Shown here: positions 23,552 to 32,964 of the stretch, piece after piece
Layout: each line of letters starts with the position of its first letter
Position numbering within the stretch: the first letter of the stretch is position 1
Source: Amphiscolops sp. MND2022
Lineage: Eukaryota
Assembly (NCBI GenBank): GCA_964187785.1
Contig: OZ076409.1
Coordinates: 4,466,001 to 4,530,000 of the forward strand
Length of the DNA: 64,000 nucleotides
Reading direction: 5' to 3'
Translations under genes and position numbers: made by a program
The notes under the pieces: model-generated
Seen by the model: the letters and a program-made list of their open reading frames with translations, nothing else
Told to the model about the DNA's origin: nothing
The model's database searches: none

Positions 23552-25144
23552 CTAAGATCCATTGTGGAATTGGAATTCTTGACAATATTGAGAAGTACAA
23601 TTTCTATATAAATCTCTTTGGAGATTGAGTTCAAAGTTGATTGGAATTCTGGGTATAGTATGGAATACTATTTCATATGGAGATAACTTTAATTCAGAAA
23701 GTGGTTGTGAATTATGTGCATAAGCATACATATGGACTTGAGTTGACCAATTTTCTGGAGTGTTATGTAAGAAAAGTCTGAGATGAGTTCCAAGATTTCT
23801 GTTTTGATTTTCAACTAAACCATTTGTCCATGGTGCATAAGGAGTTCTTGGTGAATGTCTAATTCCCATTGTGGTACAAAGATTTGCAAATTCTGAATTA
23901 ATATATTCTGTTCCACGGTCGGTAACTAGGTATACAGGAGGTCCAAATTTTGTTATCCAATGATGTAGTAATGAGTTAACAGCGTTTTGAGCATTATTTT
24001 GTTTTATGGGTACTGTTACTACAAAGTGACTAAAAGCGTCTACTATAACGTGAATGTATGAATTTTGATTTGATGGTGGGTTTATAGGTCCTTTTGTATC
24101 CATTGATATTCGGTAATTAAAATATGAAGCATTTTCTGAGAAGGTTTGTATAGATGCAGTTTGTAATTTTTGGTTAATATGTTTATTTTGTTGGCATTCA
24201 ATGCAATCATGGATGAATATTGACATCCATTTATTCAGGTACCGTATGAAGTAAAATTGGTTGAAAGCTTTGATGGATATTTTTATTCCTGAATGTCCAT
24301 GAGCATGAAGTTTGTTAAAAGCTGTGTGGAAAAGTTTAAATGGTAGACATATTTTGTCTCTTTGATTCGGGTTGGAATCGTGAAGATTAGGATAATCTAT
24401 GTGAATAATTTTTGTATCATGATTAATATATAATTGGTTGAAGAGTTTGTAATATACTAATAAGAAAGAGTTAGCTGCAATTGTTGGGTCTATTTGTAAG
24501 GGTCTTTCATTATTAAGTATCCATTGGTAAACCTTTTGTAAAACAGTATCTTGATTTTGTTGAGCTTTTATTGTTTCAATGGTTATTTGTGTATCTTCTG
24601 GTAGGAAGAAGTAATTAAAATATTTTTTGTATTTGAAAAAGGATGGATCAAAAAATGGAACTTGTTGTCTACAATAGTCAGATTTGGTAGGATATTGTAT
24701 AGCAAGGGTGTATTCTTTTACTATGTTCGAGTTTTGTTGTTGGATATTATTTGATGGTGTTATTTCATCTTCATCACTAAGAATGTCAGTATCATTAAGA
24801 ATTGTCGATTGTTGTAAAAGAGATTTTGCTTGTTTTTTTGTAGGCTTTTTATATTTTGATTCGAATGGAACAATAGATTGAAAAGAGAAGGAATCTAAAG
24901 GCTTTATATGTATATCTTCTCCTTTGTTATTTATACGGATGGAGAATTGGTCGTCTCCGTAGTCAGCAAGGATAGGATGACAATCATTCTTTTGATTATA
25001 TTTTATTTCTTCATGTTTTACTAAATAATGTACTGGTTTGAGTTGATTATCTTTCATGATAGAGAAATCTATTTGAGGTGGTAATTGTTTGTGTCGTAAT
25101 TGGTGTACTTGTAGCTGTTCTTTTGTAAAGGTTCTTGAAAGCAT
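23552..25144 (-). CDS. pol: Integrase (HHCC + DDE core), preceded by a long spacer after RNase H
   Basis: HAHGH...CIEC zinc finger; ISMDTKGP, TDRGTEY, NGLVENQN catalytic motifs. Confidence 0.92.
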   Translation of the reverse strand: MLSRTFTKEQLQVHQLRHKQLPPQIDFSIMKDNQLKPVHYLVKHEEIKYNQKNDCHPILADYGDDQFSIRINNKGEDIHIKPLDSFSFQSIVPFESKYKKPTKKQAKSLLQQSTILNDTDILSDEDEITPSNNIQQQNSNIVKEYTLAIQYPTKSDYCRQQVPFFDPSFFKYKKYFNYFFLPEDTQITIETIKAQQNQDTVLQKVYQWILNNERPLQIDPTIAANSFLLVYYKLFNQLYINHDTKIIHIDYPNLHDSNPNQRDKICLPFKLFHTAFNKLHAHGHSGIKISIKAFNQFYFIRYLNKWMSIFIHDCIECQQNKHINQKLQTASIQTFSENASYFNYRISMDTKGPINPPSNQNSYIHVIVDAFSHFVVTVPIKQNNAQNAVNSLLHHWITKFGPPVYLVTDRGTEYINSEFANLCTTMGIRHSPRTPYAPWTNGLVENQNRNLGTHLRLFLHNTPENWSTQVHMYAYAHNSQPLSELKLSPYEIVFHTIPRIPINFELNLQRDLYRNCTSQYCQEFQFHNGS

Positions 25145-25155
25145 ATCTGCTACAG

Positions 25156-25698
25156 TTAAATTTTTTCCAGGGGTATGAATGATTTTAATTTGGAGAATTT
25201 GGTTAATTGCATTTGTGCTCTATAGAATCTAGGACTAAGATTTCCTTTCTTTGCGAAACAATGTAGTAAAGGCTTGTGATCTGTGAAGAGATATATAGGA
25301 TGAGGAGATCCAATGATCAAAAATTCATATATTTGTAATGCGTAAACTATTGCAAGAAGTTCTCTGTCTAAAGTTGAAAGTTTTTGTTCTTGTGTATTGA
25401 GAATTCTGGAGTTATAAGAGATTACTTTCATCTTATTTTCTTCGTTCATTTGGAATAAGACTGCGCCTAAACCTACTAACGAAGCATCTACTGTTATAAA
25501 AAATTGATGCGTGGTGTTGGGTATTGTTAATTCAGTGTCTGCTGTCATTGCGTTTTTAAAATTTTGAAATAGTTTTTCTAATTCAGGTGTCCATTGAAAT
25601 TTAACATCATCATGTAGTAATGTATACAATGGTTTAAGGTTTATATGAAGTTTTTCAATGAATTTTGAATAAAAGTTAACACTGCCAAGAAATTGCAT
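25156..25698 (-). CDS. pol: RT thumb/connection and Ty3-type RNase H (frameshifted fragment)
   Basis: QFLGSVNFY, VDASLVGLGAVL, RELLAIV, TDHKPL; continues after a 1-nt slip into HTPGKNLTVADMLSR. Confidence 0.92.
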   Translation of the reverse strand: MQFLGSVNFYSKFIEKLHINLKPLYTLLHDDVKFQWTPELEKLFQNFKNAMTADTELTIPNTTHQFFITVDASLVGLGAVLFQMNEENKMKVISYNSRILNTQEQKLSTLDRELLAIVYALQIYEFLIIGSPHPIYLFTDHKPLLHCFAKKGNLSPRFYRAQMQLTKFSKLKSFIPLEKI

Positions 25699-25741
25699 AA
25701 CATCTTTCTTTTCTTTTGGTGATGGGATTCTTTTAATAGCT

Positions 25742-28700
25742 TCAATTTTGGATGGAATTGGTTTGTGTTGTTACCAATTTCATGTCCAAGGAAAGTTTGA
25801 GATTTTCTCGAGATGCTATTGTATGTAATTCTTTTATAAGTTCAAACATTTCTTGTTTTTCATTTGCGAGTAATAGAATATCATCTATATAAACTAACGC
25901 AGAGCGTTTGTCTATAAGTGATCTGAAGAAAGTTGACATTTGTTTTGTGAAAAAGTTTGGAAGTCCTTTTAATCCGTAAAATCCACGGATAAAGGCGTAT
26001 AATTTGTCACCGGATGAAAATCCTGTAAGTTTAATTGTTTCTTCATCTAATGGTGTATGAGCATATGCATACATTAGATCAATAGTTGATTTGTATTTTT
26101 TATTTGCTCTAGCTAATTGAGGAGCTAAAGGTTCAATAGGCCAAGATTCAAGTTCTTGGTTAGTGTTTGAGTTTAGATGTCTTGCGTCTAAAACAACTTT
26201 TATTGCCTCTCCTTTTGGGATAATAATTAAAGGGTTTGAAAATGTTGTTCCAATAGTATGTTTTTCATCTGTTGTCGAACCAATTTGTTTTATGATGTTG
26301 TATTTTTCGAGTTCTAGTAAAAGTTTATTTAGTCTATCTCTATAGTGGATAGGTACTTTAGAAGGTCTTTGTGTGTGAAGTTTACAATTATCTTTTATTC
26401 TAATTCGAAAAGGAGTAGAAATCTTTCCTACGTCGTTTTTATGTTTGGCGTAACAGTTTTGGTTGTTAATTAGAATATTGCAGAGATTTACATATTCTGT
26501 ATCGGTTAAATCTGAGTATTCGAAATTGAACTTCTTTATGAATTGTTGGTTTTCTGTAGAATAGGGTAATGGAGGGAAATCTTTTCGAATTTTATCTGAA
26601 GGTCGAAGGTTTCCAGTAACAGAAGGTATAGGAAGTTGAAGTGTTTTGTCGTTAATTTCTATCTTGTTTATTTTTAATAGGGATTGTGGTAGTACCCTAG
26701 TACATAAGTTCATATCTGTATATGGATTTTGTTTAATCGGGGTTGTGGTATCAGGGTGATATGCATGTATTACAGAGTGAATGAGTGAATTTACATCGTT
26801 AACTCTGTAGTGAGGAGGAGTTGTTTGCGTAATAGGTATTTCTATATATCCAATAATTCCTCGTGGTAATGTAGCTGGGTAAGATGTAAAGTTTTGAATT
26901 ATGGTTGCACATGAGTCTTTGCTTTTTTCATTGACTATCATATCTAAGAAATGAAAGATATTTTTAAATTTTTGTAAGAAATATGTATATGGGTTTGTTG
27001 GGTAGAACTTCGTATTATCTTCGAGTTCAAAATGTAGATTTGAATAGTTTTTAATTGGAAAATGTATGGTTTTTCCTGACCTTGGTTTGAAGTGAATTGG
27101 TTCCTTACATTTAATAGTATAAATGTAAGAAATATATGGATAATCTTTTTCTGTAAATGTAGAAAATGTAGTTTTTGTTGAAAGCTTTGGATGTTGTTCT
27201 GTGTACGTCATAATGTTTTGTTGAAAATCAATATTTTGGTTGTGCTTTTTGAAAAAGGGTGTTCCAAGAATGTTGTATTTGATATTTGCTACGGCAAAAT
27301 CGATATTGAAGGATCGTGTTTTGTGATTTACTTCAGTGAAACAGGTCATCGAAATATAATGTATTATTGGTACTTCAGTTTGGTTTGCAACTGTAAGAGT
27401 TTTGGCTCTTTTGTTTTGGAGGTTAGTTGGAACATTGATGTTTAATTGTTTGGAAATTACATGAAATGTTGGTAAATTCAAAACAGATATGGAAGCTCCA
27501 GTATCTAAAAGGAATAAGATTTCTAATTTTGAAGGTAATATGTTGTCATTTGTTTCAGAGGCGTGAATATATAGTGGATAAAACCAACTATAAGGGGTGA
27601 TTGTATTAGCTATTTCAGTCATTTGACAGGTGTGGATTTCAAACTTTGTACTATCATTTTCTTTTGGAGATTTAACGTCTACTTGATTTATTCTGTTTTG
27701 TTGTCTGTTTCTTGAGGGTGTTCTAGATCTTGATCTAAAATCTCTAGGTCTTGTTGGAGATCTATATGGATAATTATATCGTTTAAAGGAGTTTCCTTGT
27801 GATTGAGAACGAGATCTGTATCTTGAGCGAGAATTATATCTGTAATTTGAGTTATTTCTGTATGGAGATCTATATGGAGATCTAGATGGTGTTCTTCTTT
27901 GATAATAATTATCAAATCGAGATCTATACGGACTTCGGGATCGATTATAATATCTTTGTCGAGAGTTTGATCTATAGGTGTTTTGCGAATATTCTCTACT
28001 ATTGCTACGATATCTATCATTGTTTCTGTATCTATCATTATAGTAGTTTTGATTATATTTATTACGATCATTATCTGAGGAATAAGAGTTTGTATTTTCA
28101 TTTCGATTTTCCTGAGGATTATTAGGTTTACTGCGAAAATATTGTACAAAGGATTGTTGAGGAGTTCGTGATCTTTGGTTATTGTATTTCTGGTATTCGT
28201 CATCACGTTGTTTTTGATAACAATTTGAAATACTATGATTATTTTTATGACAATAGGAACAATATTTTCTATACGCTGGTTTGCTTTTGTTATTTGGGTC
28301 TCCAGTTTGAGTAACCATTATCTGATCTTCGTATTCAAATTCTTTTTTGTTAGTATCCTCTTCAAGCGATACTTTGTTTATTTCTAGGGCTAAGTCGTTA
28401 GTTCTGATTTTTTCATTAGCAATATCTTCAGAATCGACATGTCTAACAAGTGTATGAAATGGTATTGAAGGTTCAAGTAATGTTGATACATGTTTAACTT
28501 GTCGTTTATGGGCAAAATCTTTTAACTTCTTTGGTAACCCTTTTGTAAAGATTTCATTATTTTTGAGATTTATGGTAGCTGCATTTTCATTACACCATCC
28601 CTTTTTAACTAATTGTTGTACTCTAAGGGCGAAGTGGCGAACTGTTTCATTATCCTTTTTCATGAGTGACATAGCTTCTACTTGAGCGTAGTAAGCAGTT

Positions 28701-30781
28701 TTTTGAGATGAGAATTGTTTTTTGAATAGTTGTACAAAGGAATTCCATTGTTGTTTATATGATATATGGAGGTTAGTGTACCAATCGAGAGCTGTTCCTA
28801 TTAATGAACATTGTATGTAAGCCATGCGTCTATTATGCCAAGATTTGTACTTTATAGGATTATTTTGAGGTTCTTCACCTATGGCGAAGGTTAATCTTGC
28901 TTCGACTTGTTGTAGATATTCTTCGGGGGTGTAAGAATGGTCCAAACCATCAAAAGGTTTCATAGGTTCTGGTATTGAAGCGGACATGTTTATAAAGGTA
29001 TCTTGTGGCATTGGTAGATATTGGGGTGAAGAAGCTAATTGTTGTGTGAGTGGTGGAGGTATATGTTGGATTGTATTTGGTGAGAATGGGTTAGGATTAG
29101 GGTTAAGATTCGGATTTGGATGCATTCGATACAGAGGATCAGTTGGGATATGTGTAAGTGGAGGATTATGAAGTCTTCTTTGAGAATCCTGTGTAATATT
29201 AGAATAAGAAATGGAAGTACACGGGGTTCCTCGATTTTGAGAATATATATTCTGGGACGTATTGGTATTTGATAATTGTATGAAGGGGTTTTGTGTTGTT
29301 GAAATTGTTTTAATTTGAGAGTGGTTTTGGTTTATATTTGTATTGGTAGTTGTGTTTGATGGAGGATAAAAGTTATAATTAAATGGATCGTAATATCGGT
29401 TGGAAGTTTGAGGATTATCATTAAAATTGTTACTAGAAGTGGTCGATCTGTTTGAGCGAAAGGCGGAGGGAATTGATGGAGGATCATATCTAGGTCGAGT
29501 AATGTATCTTGTAGAATCAGAAGTAGTTCTTGTTGGAGATGCAACATTAGCAGAAGTATTCTGAGCACTAGATGTAGTCATAGTATTATATTGTAATGTA
29601 TCATGGGTTTCATCGTTTATGTCATCTGTATGTGGAAGGTTAAAATTTATATTACGGTTTGGAGATGTATCTAAATGAGATTGAGGACTATGTATATTTT
29701 GTCTTTGATTTACAACTCTAGTGGGAACTCTAAAGGAGTGAGTATGCACTGATGTTGATGTCCCTGTTTGTGATGGATTATATGTTGAGATTGTAGATTC
29801 TTGGGTAGTAAACTCATTATCGTTATAGTTTTCAGGTTGATTTTGTTGTTGGGTTGTATTTTCCTGATCGGTGTTATCATCTTCAGTAGAATTGTTAGTG
29901 TTAAAATGTAAATTTTGTTGATCTTGAGAATTTTGTTGATAGTGGTAAGGTCTATTATCTGGGAATAGATCATTTTCTGAAATTAATAGAGGATCGAAAC
30001 GTATGTAATCTAAGGTTTGTTTTGTAATTAATTGTGGTTTATGAAAGTAAGGGTGTTCATTTTGTTCACTGATGATGAATGGTAAACATTCTTCTAATGT
30101 AAAATGATCTGGAAATGCTGTAAAAGCAGATTGATCTTGTTGAGACCATAATAGTTGATAATTAAATCTGAAGTATTTTCTGAGAAATAAAGATATTACT
30201 TTGATCTGAGGAATTGTTTGGTCATTTAATGTTAGGTCTTTGAAGTAGTGGTAGATGAAATTTTGAATTCGTAATATATCATCTTGTAACCAATGATGAG
30301 GGTTGTCTTCAGGATTAACCAATGTTTCAATAATTTCTACGTCGAAATTGTCTTTGTATCGTTGAAGATCGTCGAGTGCATTTGGACTATATTTTGGAAT
30401 TTCGTGTGCTAAATTGTGGTCTTTTACATTATTTAGAAAAGCATGAAAAACTTGTTTAATAGGAACTTGAAGGTTTATTGGGTTTATTGTTCTTCTGTAT
30501 ATATGAGATGAGTTAAGTCTTTGTTGAGGAAAGGATATTTGAAAAGTTGGGTATTCTTCGGTGATTGTTAAAACTTTATATCTAATATAGAAAAGGTATG
30601 TGTCCAAATGTTCTCTAATAAGAGGGATTGTTTCAATTGTGTGTGGTTCATTTTCAAATGGGAGTGGTTGTGTATAATGTGAAATAATGTTTTGTAGAAA
30701 TGGGTTTAGTTCTAATTTTACAACTTTTGCATTTTTAATGACGGGAGTTTGGAAAGGTAGAGGGGTTGTCGTTGAGGACAT
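25742..30781 (-). CDS. gag-pol: Gag-protease-RT polyprotein (1679 aa), cut short by a deletion/frameshift after the RT palm
   Basis: Capsid-like PFDG...ALDWY...W..F...F; zinc knuckle CSYCHKNNHSISNC (28220-28261); RS-rich tract; protease LDTGAS (~27500); RT VLDARHLN, STIDL, YIDD (25880-25891). Confidence 0.95.
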   Translation of the reverse strand: MSSTTTPLPFQTPVIKNAKVVKLELNPFLQNIISHYTQPLPFENEPHTIETIPLIREHLDTYLFYIRYKVLTITEEYPTFQISFPQQRLNSSHIYRRTINPINLQVPIKQVFHAFLNNVKDHNLAHEIPKYSPNALDDLQRYKDNFDVEIIETLVNPEDNPHHWLQDDILRIQNFIYHYFKDLTLNDQTIPQIKVISLFLRKYFRFNYQLLWSQQDQSAFTAFPDHFTLEECLPFIISEQNEHPYFHKPQLITKQTLDYIRFDPLLISENDLFPDNRPYHYQQNSQDQQNLHFNTNNSTEDDNTDQENTTQQQNQPENYNDNEFTTQESTISTYNPSQTGTSTSVHTHSFRVPTRVVNQRQNIHSPQSHLDTSPNRNINFNLPHTDDINDETHDTLQYNTMTTSSAQNTSANVASPTRTTSDSTRYITRPRYDPPSIPSAFRSNRSTTSSNNFNDNPQTSNRYYDPFNYNFYPPSNTTTNTNINQNHSQIKTISTTQNPFIQLSNTNTSQNIYSQNRGTPCTSISYSNITQDSQRRLHNPPLTHIPTDPLYRMHPNPNLNPNPNPFSPNTIQHIPPPLTQQLASSPQYLPMPQDTFINMSASIPEPMKPFDGLDHSYTPEEYLQQVEARLTFAIGEEPQNNPIKYKSWHNRRMAYIQCSLIGTALDWYTNLHISYKQQWNSFVQLFKKQFSSQKTAYYAQVEAMSLMKKDNETVRHFALRVQQLVKKGWCNENAATINLKNNEIFTKGLPKKLKDFAHKRQVKHVSTLLEPSIPFHTLVRHVDSEDIANEKIRTNDLALEINKVSLEEDTNKKEFEYEDQIMVTQTGDPNNKSKPAYRKYCSYCHKNNHSISNCYQKQRDDEYQKYNNQRSRTPQQSFVQYFRSKPNNPQENRNENTNSYSSDNDRNKYNQNYYNDRYRNNDRYRSNSREYSQNTYRSNSRQRYYNRSRSPYRSRFDNYYQRRTPSRSPYRSPYRNNSNYRYNSRSRYRSRSQSQGNSFKRYNYPYRSPTRPRDFRSRSRTPSRNRQQNRINQVDVKSPKENDSTKFEIHTCQMTEIANTITPYSWFYPLYIHASETNDNILPSKLEILFLLDTGASISVLNLPTFHVISKQLNINVPTNLQNKRAKTLTVANQTEVPIIHYISMTCFTEVNHKTRSFNIDFAVANIKYNILGTPFFKKHNQNIDFQQNIMTYTEQHPKLSTKTTFSTFTEKDYPYISYIYTIKCKEPIHFKPRSGKTIHFPIKNYSNLHFELEDNTKFYPTNPYTYFLQKFKNIFHFLDMIVNEKSKDSCATIIQNFTSYPATLPRGIIGYIEIPITQTTPPHYRVNDVNSLIHSVIHAYHPDTTTPIKQNPYTDMNLCTRVLPQSLLKINKIEINDKTLQLPIPSVTGNLRPSDKIRKDFPPLPYSTENQQFIKKFNFEYSDLTDTEYVNLCNILINNQNCYAKHKNDVGKISTPFRIRIKDNCKLHTQRPSKVPIHYRDRLNKLLLELEKYNIIKQIGSTTDEKHTIGTTFSNPLIIIPKGEAIKVVLDARHLNSNTNQELESWPIEPLAPQLARANKKYKSTIDLMYAYAHTPLDEETIKLTGFSSGDKLYAFIRGFYGLKGLPNFFTKQMSTFFRSLIDKRSALVYIDDILLLANEKQEMFELIKELHTIASRENLKLSLDMKLVTTQTNSIQN

Positions 30782-32136
30782 TTTTAAAGTTTATCTCTTA
30801 TCACTGTAAGTATTTTTTCAAGAAGAACACAAACTATAAATAAGACACAAAACGTGTATGTTGTAATGAGTACTACTGTGGTAACCTTTTCCCACATGTT
30901 ATAATGTGAAGGTTATAACGTTGAAATGTCTTGTATACAGATTTTCTAAGTTCGAGCTCTTGGGTAATTTCTTTGTTGATTTATGATAAAGAAGAAATAT
31001 CGTTGATATCGTTCAATTAATCTTTCAAAATCGTTTGGTGTAGGGTTTTGAAGTGAGCTAATTGGTGGAATGTAAAAGTTGAAAGGATAAATTTCTTGGT
31101 TTGGGTTCATATAAGTTGTATTGTAATTTGAAGTTATTTGAGAAGTTAATATTTTAGGATAGAGAAGAAATAAGTGGGTGCAGTAGGATCTGTATTCAAC
31201 CTCAAAGGATTGCTAACAGAAACTAAATGTTATTTTAAGTCTGGATCACTTTAAGGTGTCTAACATAAGGTTACTGACACGTCCAGAAAAAACTAAGGTT
31301 GTTTTAATTTTAAGTGGGTTGTGTTTTTTAAGACTAAAGGAGTGGAACTCTGAACAATCAACGTCCACTATCCAAAGTCTGATCAATACTGATCAAGATC
31401 AAAATTTGATCTTTGTTTCTTTTACTTTTACTTTTACTTCCTGAGAATTTTGAAGATTCGAACGTAGTTCGGTGTCCTCTCGATTCTCCTTAAAAACGTT
31501 TACACTTAACTAAGGTTTTTAGTCAGTCTTAGAATCAGAGTACGCTGGTGAGGCTGTCTGATTTGCTAAGTCTTACGGGAGGGGATAGGAATTGTGGGTG
31601 CCTGAAAGTAGAAAACTAACTTTACTTTGTTTGTGTTATTTACATGCCTTATTTTAAGTTTTGAAGCAAAAGAGTTGTGAAAATTGTATGTTGTATATTG
31701 TTAAAATAATTGTTTTGTAGGATTATGTTAAAATTATTATTATTGGAAGTACTTGAGGTAAGTTTGAGTTTATTTGTTATTGTTATTTTTGTTGGTTATT
31801 GAAAACATTTTTGAAGTTATTTGTATTATTTAAGTTTTGTGAATTTATTTGTATTGTTTGTCGACAATAGGGAAAGAAAGGGAATAGTGCGTGGTTCTTT
31901 TTGGTAGTTAGTCTTGGTTGCCTTTTTTTGTTTTCAGAGTCTATTTCTGAAATTTTTTTGTAGGAAATTTTGTAGAAAGGCGATCCGAAACGTAAAAGTA
32001 GAAAATCCAGGTTTTCTGCCAACACGAAGTTGATCTTGAGACGTATGTGCTTATAGGTGAGCGGAGTTGGACATGCACTCAGTCAACTATTACACCAGGA
32101 GTCCACCTGACGTTCAAGATAGCAGGATTGAAGAAA

Positions 32137-32273
32137 GTTGCTGTGTCAAAGGTGTTAGAAAACCTTGATAAACCAGACAAATGTTGCTGTGTCAAAGGTG
32201 TTAGAAAACCTTGATAAACCAGACAAATGTTGCTGTGTCAAAGGTGTTAGAAAACCTTGATAAACCAGACAAA
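32137..32273. repeat. 3 x 46-bp tandem repeat in the element 5' leader
   Basis: gttgctgtgtcaaaggtgttagaaaaccttgataaaccagacaaat at 32137, 32183, 32229. Confidence 0.95.
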
Positions 32274-32675
32274 CATCAAAGAACTGTTTCAACAAGCTTC
32301 CGGATTAGCTGTGATAAATCAGTATAGAGAACAGAACTGTGTCACTTTGGATAAATCAGTCTAGAAAAAGAAGAAAAACAGAACTGTGTCACAATGGATA
32401 AATCAGTCCGAAATGAAACCGTTTCAACGTATTGGAAAACGTGATAAACCGGTAGTGAAGAAAATTTGTTATAGTAAAGTTGATTGTTGTAGTGGAGAAA
32501 TTGTGTTTCGAACGATGATGTATTTATTGATGAAATTTAGAAAGTCACAGACCAAACTTTCAAGAAATTCTAGAAAGATTTCACTGCAATTCCAGAGAAT
32601 TTCAAATATGGAGAGTGGTATTTGTATGATTGTTGAGAGAAGAGAAATCATCCAGGAGAAAAGGCAAAAGAAAAA

Positions 32676-32692
32676 TTTTACAAGTCGCACCA
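32676..32692 (-). other. Primer-binding site (priming tRNA not identified)
   Basis: Minus strand TGGTGCGACTTGTAAAA starts 3 nt after the 5' LTR; TGG pairs with tRNA CCA. Confidence 0.75.
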
Positions 32693-32695
32693 AAT

Positions 32696-32964
32696 TGTGC
32701 TGCTTTTAATGGTTGGTTATTGTTTTTGATGGTCTTATACGCAACTACTAAAAGCGGCTGAGAGACAGGCTAGCTAGCTTACTTTATTACAACTATTCCG
32801 AGGTGTTAGGAGTAGAACAAAAAGGAAGTCAACTGAATACTGATTATTAGTTTTCTCTCTCTGAAGGAGTAGAGATTTACAATCATTCAATAACAAATAA
32901 ATGTACATTCTAGAACATTCTATAAACATCTAAATACTATTGGTTATTAATGTAGGTCAGTACA
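32696..32964 (-). repeat. 5' LTR (269 bp)
   Basis: Identical by eye to 10402-10670; TG...CA. Confidence 0.95.

Larger units (their letters stand above)
18048..26183 (-). repeat. Tandem duplication of ~4,068 bp (18048-22115 and 22114-26183)
   Basis: Paired ORFs offset by exactly 4068 (18813/22881, 19484/23552, 21088/25156); junction gatgtc-tt-taatgaagg at 22114-22115. Confidence 0.95.
10402..32964 (-). mobile_element. Giant env-bearing Ty3/Gypsy LTR retroelement (endogenous retrovirus-like), 22,563 bp, in par-3 intron 1
   Basis: Two 269-bp TG...CA LTRs, PBS, PPT, gag-PR-RT-RH-IN order, env-like ORF, extra ORFs; flanks ATAT / GTAT. Confidence 0.95.

Noticed and set aside
18048..26183. Two separate nested retroelements
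   Set aside because: No internal LTR or TSD at the junction; it is a simple tandem duplication.
26700..27150. dUTPase between protease and RT
   Set aside because: Only a vague beta-rich pattern (IIQNFT...LPRGIIGYI); conserved dUTPase catalytic motifs are not evident.
13888..29973. Plus-strand and alternative-frame ORFs inside the element (e.g. 15802-16122, 27688-28206)
   Set aside because: Shadows of the main ORFs caused by biased composition and repetitive codons.
32137..32273. CRISPR-like 46-bp repeats
   Set aside because: Head-to-tail copies without spacers inside an LTR-element leader.
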